Below, in pieces: positions 63,139 through 64,000 of a DNA stretch of 64,000 nucleotides; positions within the stretch are counted from its first letter, which is position 1, and the number at the start of each line of letters is the position of its first letter. The stretch covers positions 736,001-800,000 of the forward strand of contig OY968769.1 in assembly GCA_963695345.1 (NCBI GenBank), in the 5' to 3' direction. Position numbers and translations under genes: made by a program. The notes below the pieces were generated by a model that had not been told where the DNA came from, searched no databases, and was given only the letters and a program-made list of their open reading frames with translations. Source of the stretch: an uncultured Methanomassiliicoccales archaeon. GTDB lineage: Archaea; Thermoplasmatota; Thermoplasmata; Methanomassiliicoccales; UBA472.

Positions 63139-63705
63139 TTAGGGTTTTGTTCTCCCCCATCGGCCTACCCACAATATTACCAGCACCGCAATGGGAATGC
63201 CGAAGATGATGAACACCCAGATGAGCGCAGTAAGTGAGGAGTAAACCAGATAGTCGAACGTCCAAGTTGAGAAAGCGACGTTCCAGTTGCCATCCAGATA
63301 TATTTTTATGCAGAACGCGATGAAAATAAGGAACGACATACCGTTCCCCCCGTTTCTCGCCTGGGACCGCTTTTGAAAGAAGCGATATTCCGACCTCTCC
63401 TCCAGCGGCAGCTCCTTCCACCAGGACCATACTGCTAACAGCGCTACAATGACAGGTATTGCCACCAGCAGGATCACCCAGAAGAGCAAGTTCAACAAGA
63501 ACGTCACCAGGGTGCCCATGGCCCACTGGCCCAAGGACAGGGGTACCATGCCTGTTGCCTGGGCATTGCCTGCTACCCACAGGAACACCAGGATTGCCCA
63601 CACCATAACGAGGATGGCTCCGGCCACGAACAAAATGGTCGCTTTCCAATGTTTTCTGATGAATCTCCTTCGGACTTTATCCTTTTCCGATTCGTTTTCT
63701 TGCAT
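63139..63705 (-). CDS. Hypothetical 4-TM membrane protein
   Basis: 188 aa ORF with four hydrophobic segments and SD-like GGAAGGGGGG upstream. Confidence 0.7.
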   Translation of the reverse strand: MQENESEKDKVRRRFIRKHWKATILFVAGAILVMVWAILVFLWVAGNAQATGMVPLSLGQWAMGTLVTFLLNLLFWVILLVAIPVIVALLAVWSWWKELPLEERSEYRFFQKRSQARNGGNGMSFLIFIAFCIKIYLDGNWNVAFSTWTFDYLVYSSLTALIWVFIIFGIPIAVLVILWVGRWGRTKP

Positions 63706-64000
63706 CTAATCCCCCCTTCCTTTCCATCCAATACCCGAGTGATGAATAAATTGAGCACGTCAATCATAATCCTTTGTAAGGCTCGGTAACATCGTATCTT
63801 TCAAACGGTCACAGAATTGATGGGGCCTCTCCTGACAAACACTCGATCGACCATCCCTTAAGTTTCGCGGATTAGGTTCCATTGACAAATCATGGCCGGC
63901 ATACCTCTGAAGCAGGTCGTGCCAGATCCTCAGAACAGATCTGAGACCCATAAGGCCGAAGAGATATCATTCAACAAAACGATCGGCCGATCAACCTGTT

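Overview
This is a GC-rich, accessory-looking region, most likely from a methylotrophic methanogenic archaeon resembling Methanomassiliicoccales. That assignment is inferred from the corrinoid/MtaA-family genes, DUF1638, archaeal REC-PAS kinases with an 'ITRHDIxNQ' H-box and NosD-FN3-Ig surface proteins. About 27 kb encodes three large surface proteins: a >5,400 aa Ig-repeat protein that runs off the left edge, and two paralogous repeat/FN3/Ig adhesins. The most interesting units are: (1) an apparent operon at 16980-20899 with two paralogous URO-D/MT2-fold methyltransferases, one corrinoid protein, a divergent SatP-type channel and a 7-Cys protein, with no recognisable substrate-specific MT1. 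It lies opposite an RHH regulator and is bracketed by a ~500 bp direct repeat of the giant gene's 5' end. (2) A co-oriented flavodoxin, DUF1638, CarH-type (W-x9-EH) cobalamin-binding protein and REC-histidine kinase block at 38301-41953. (3) An RNase III with substituted catalytic residues. (4) An AT-rich orphan AIPR gene. Many genes carry single-base indels that look like long-read sequencing errors, so they are annotated as joined CDSs. I found no rRNA, tRNA, CRISPR array, transposase, integrase or reverse transcriptase. All family calls are from motif recognition by eye, not database searches.
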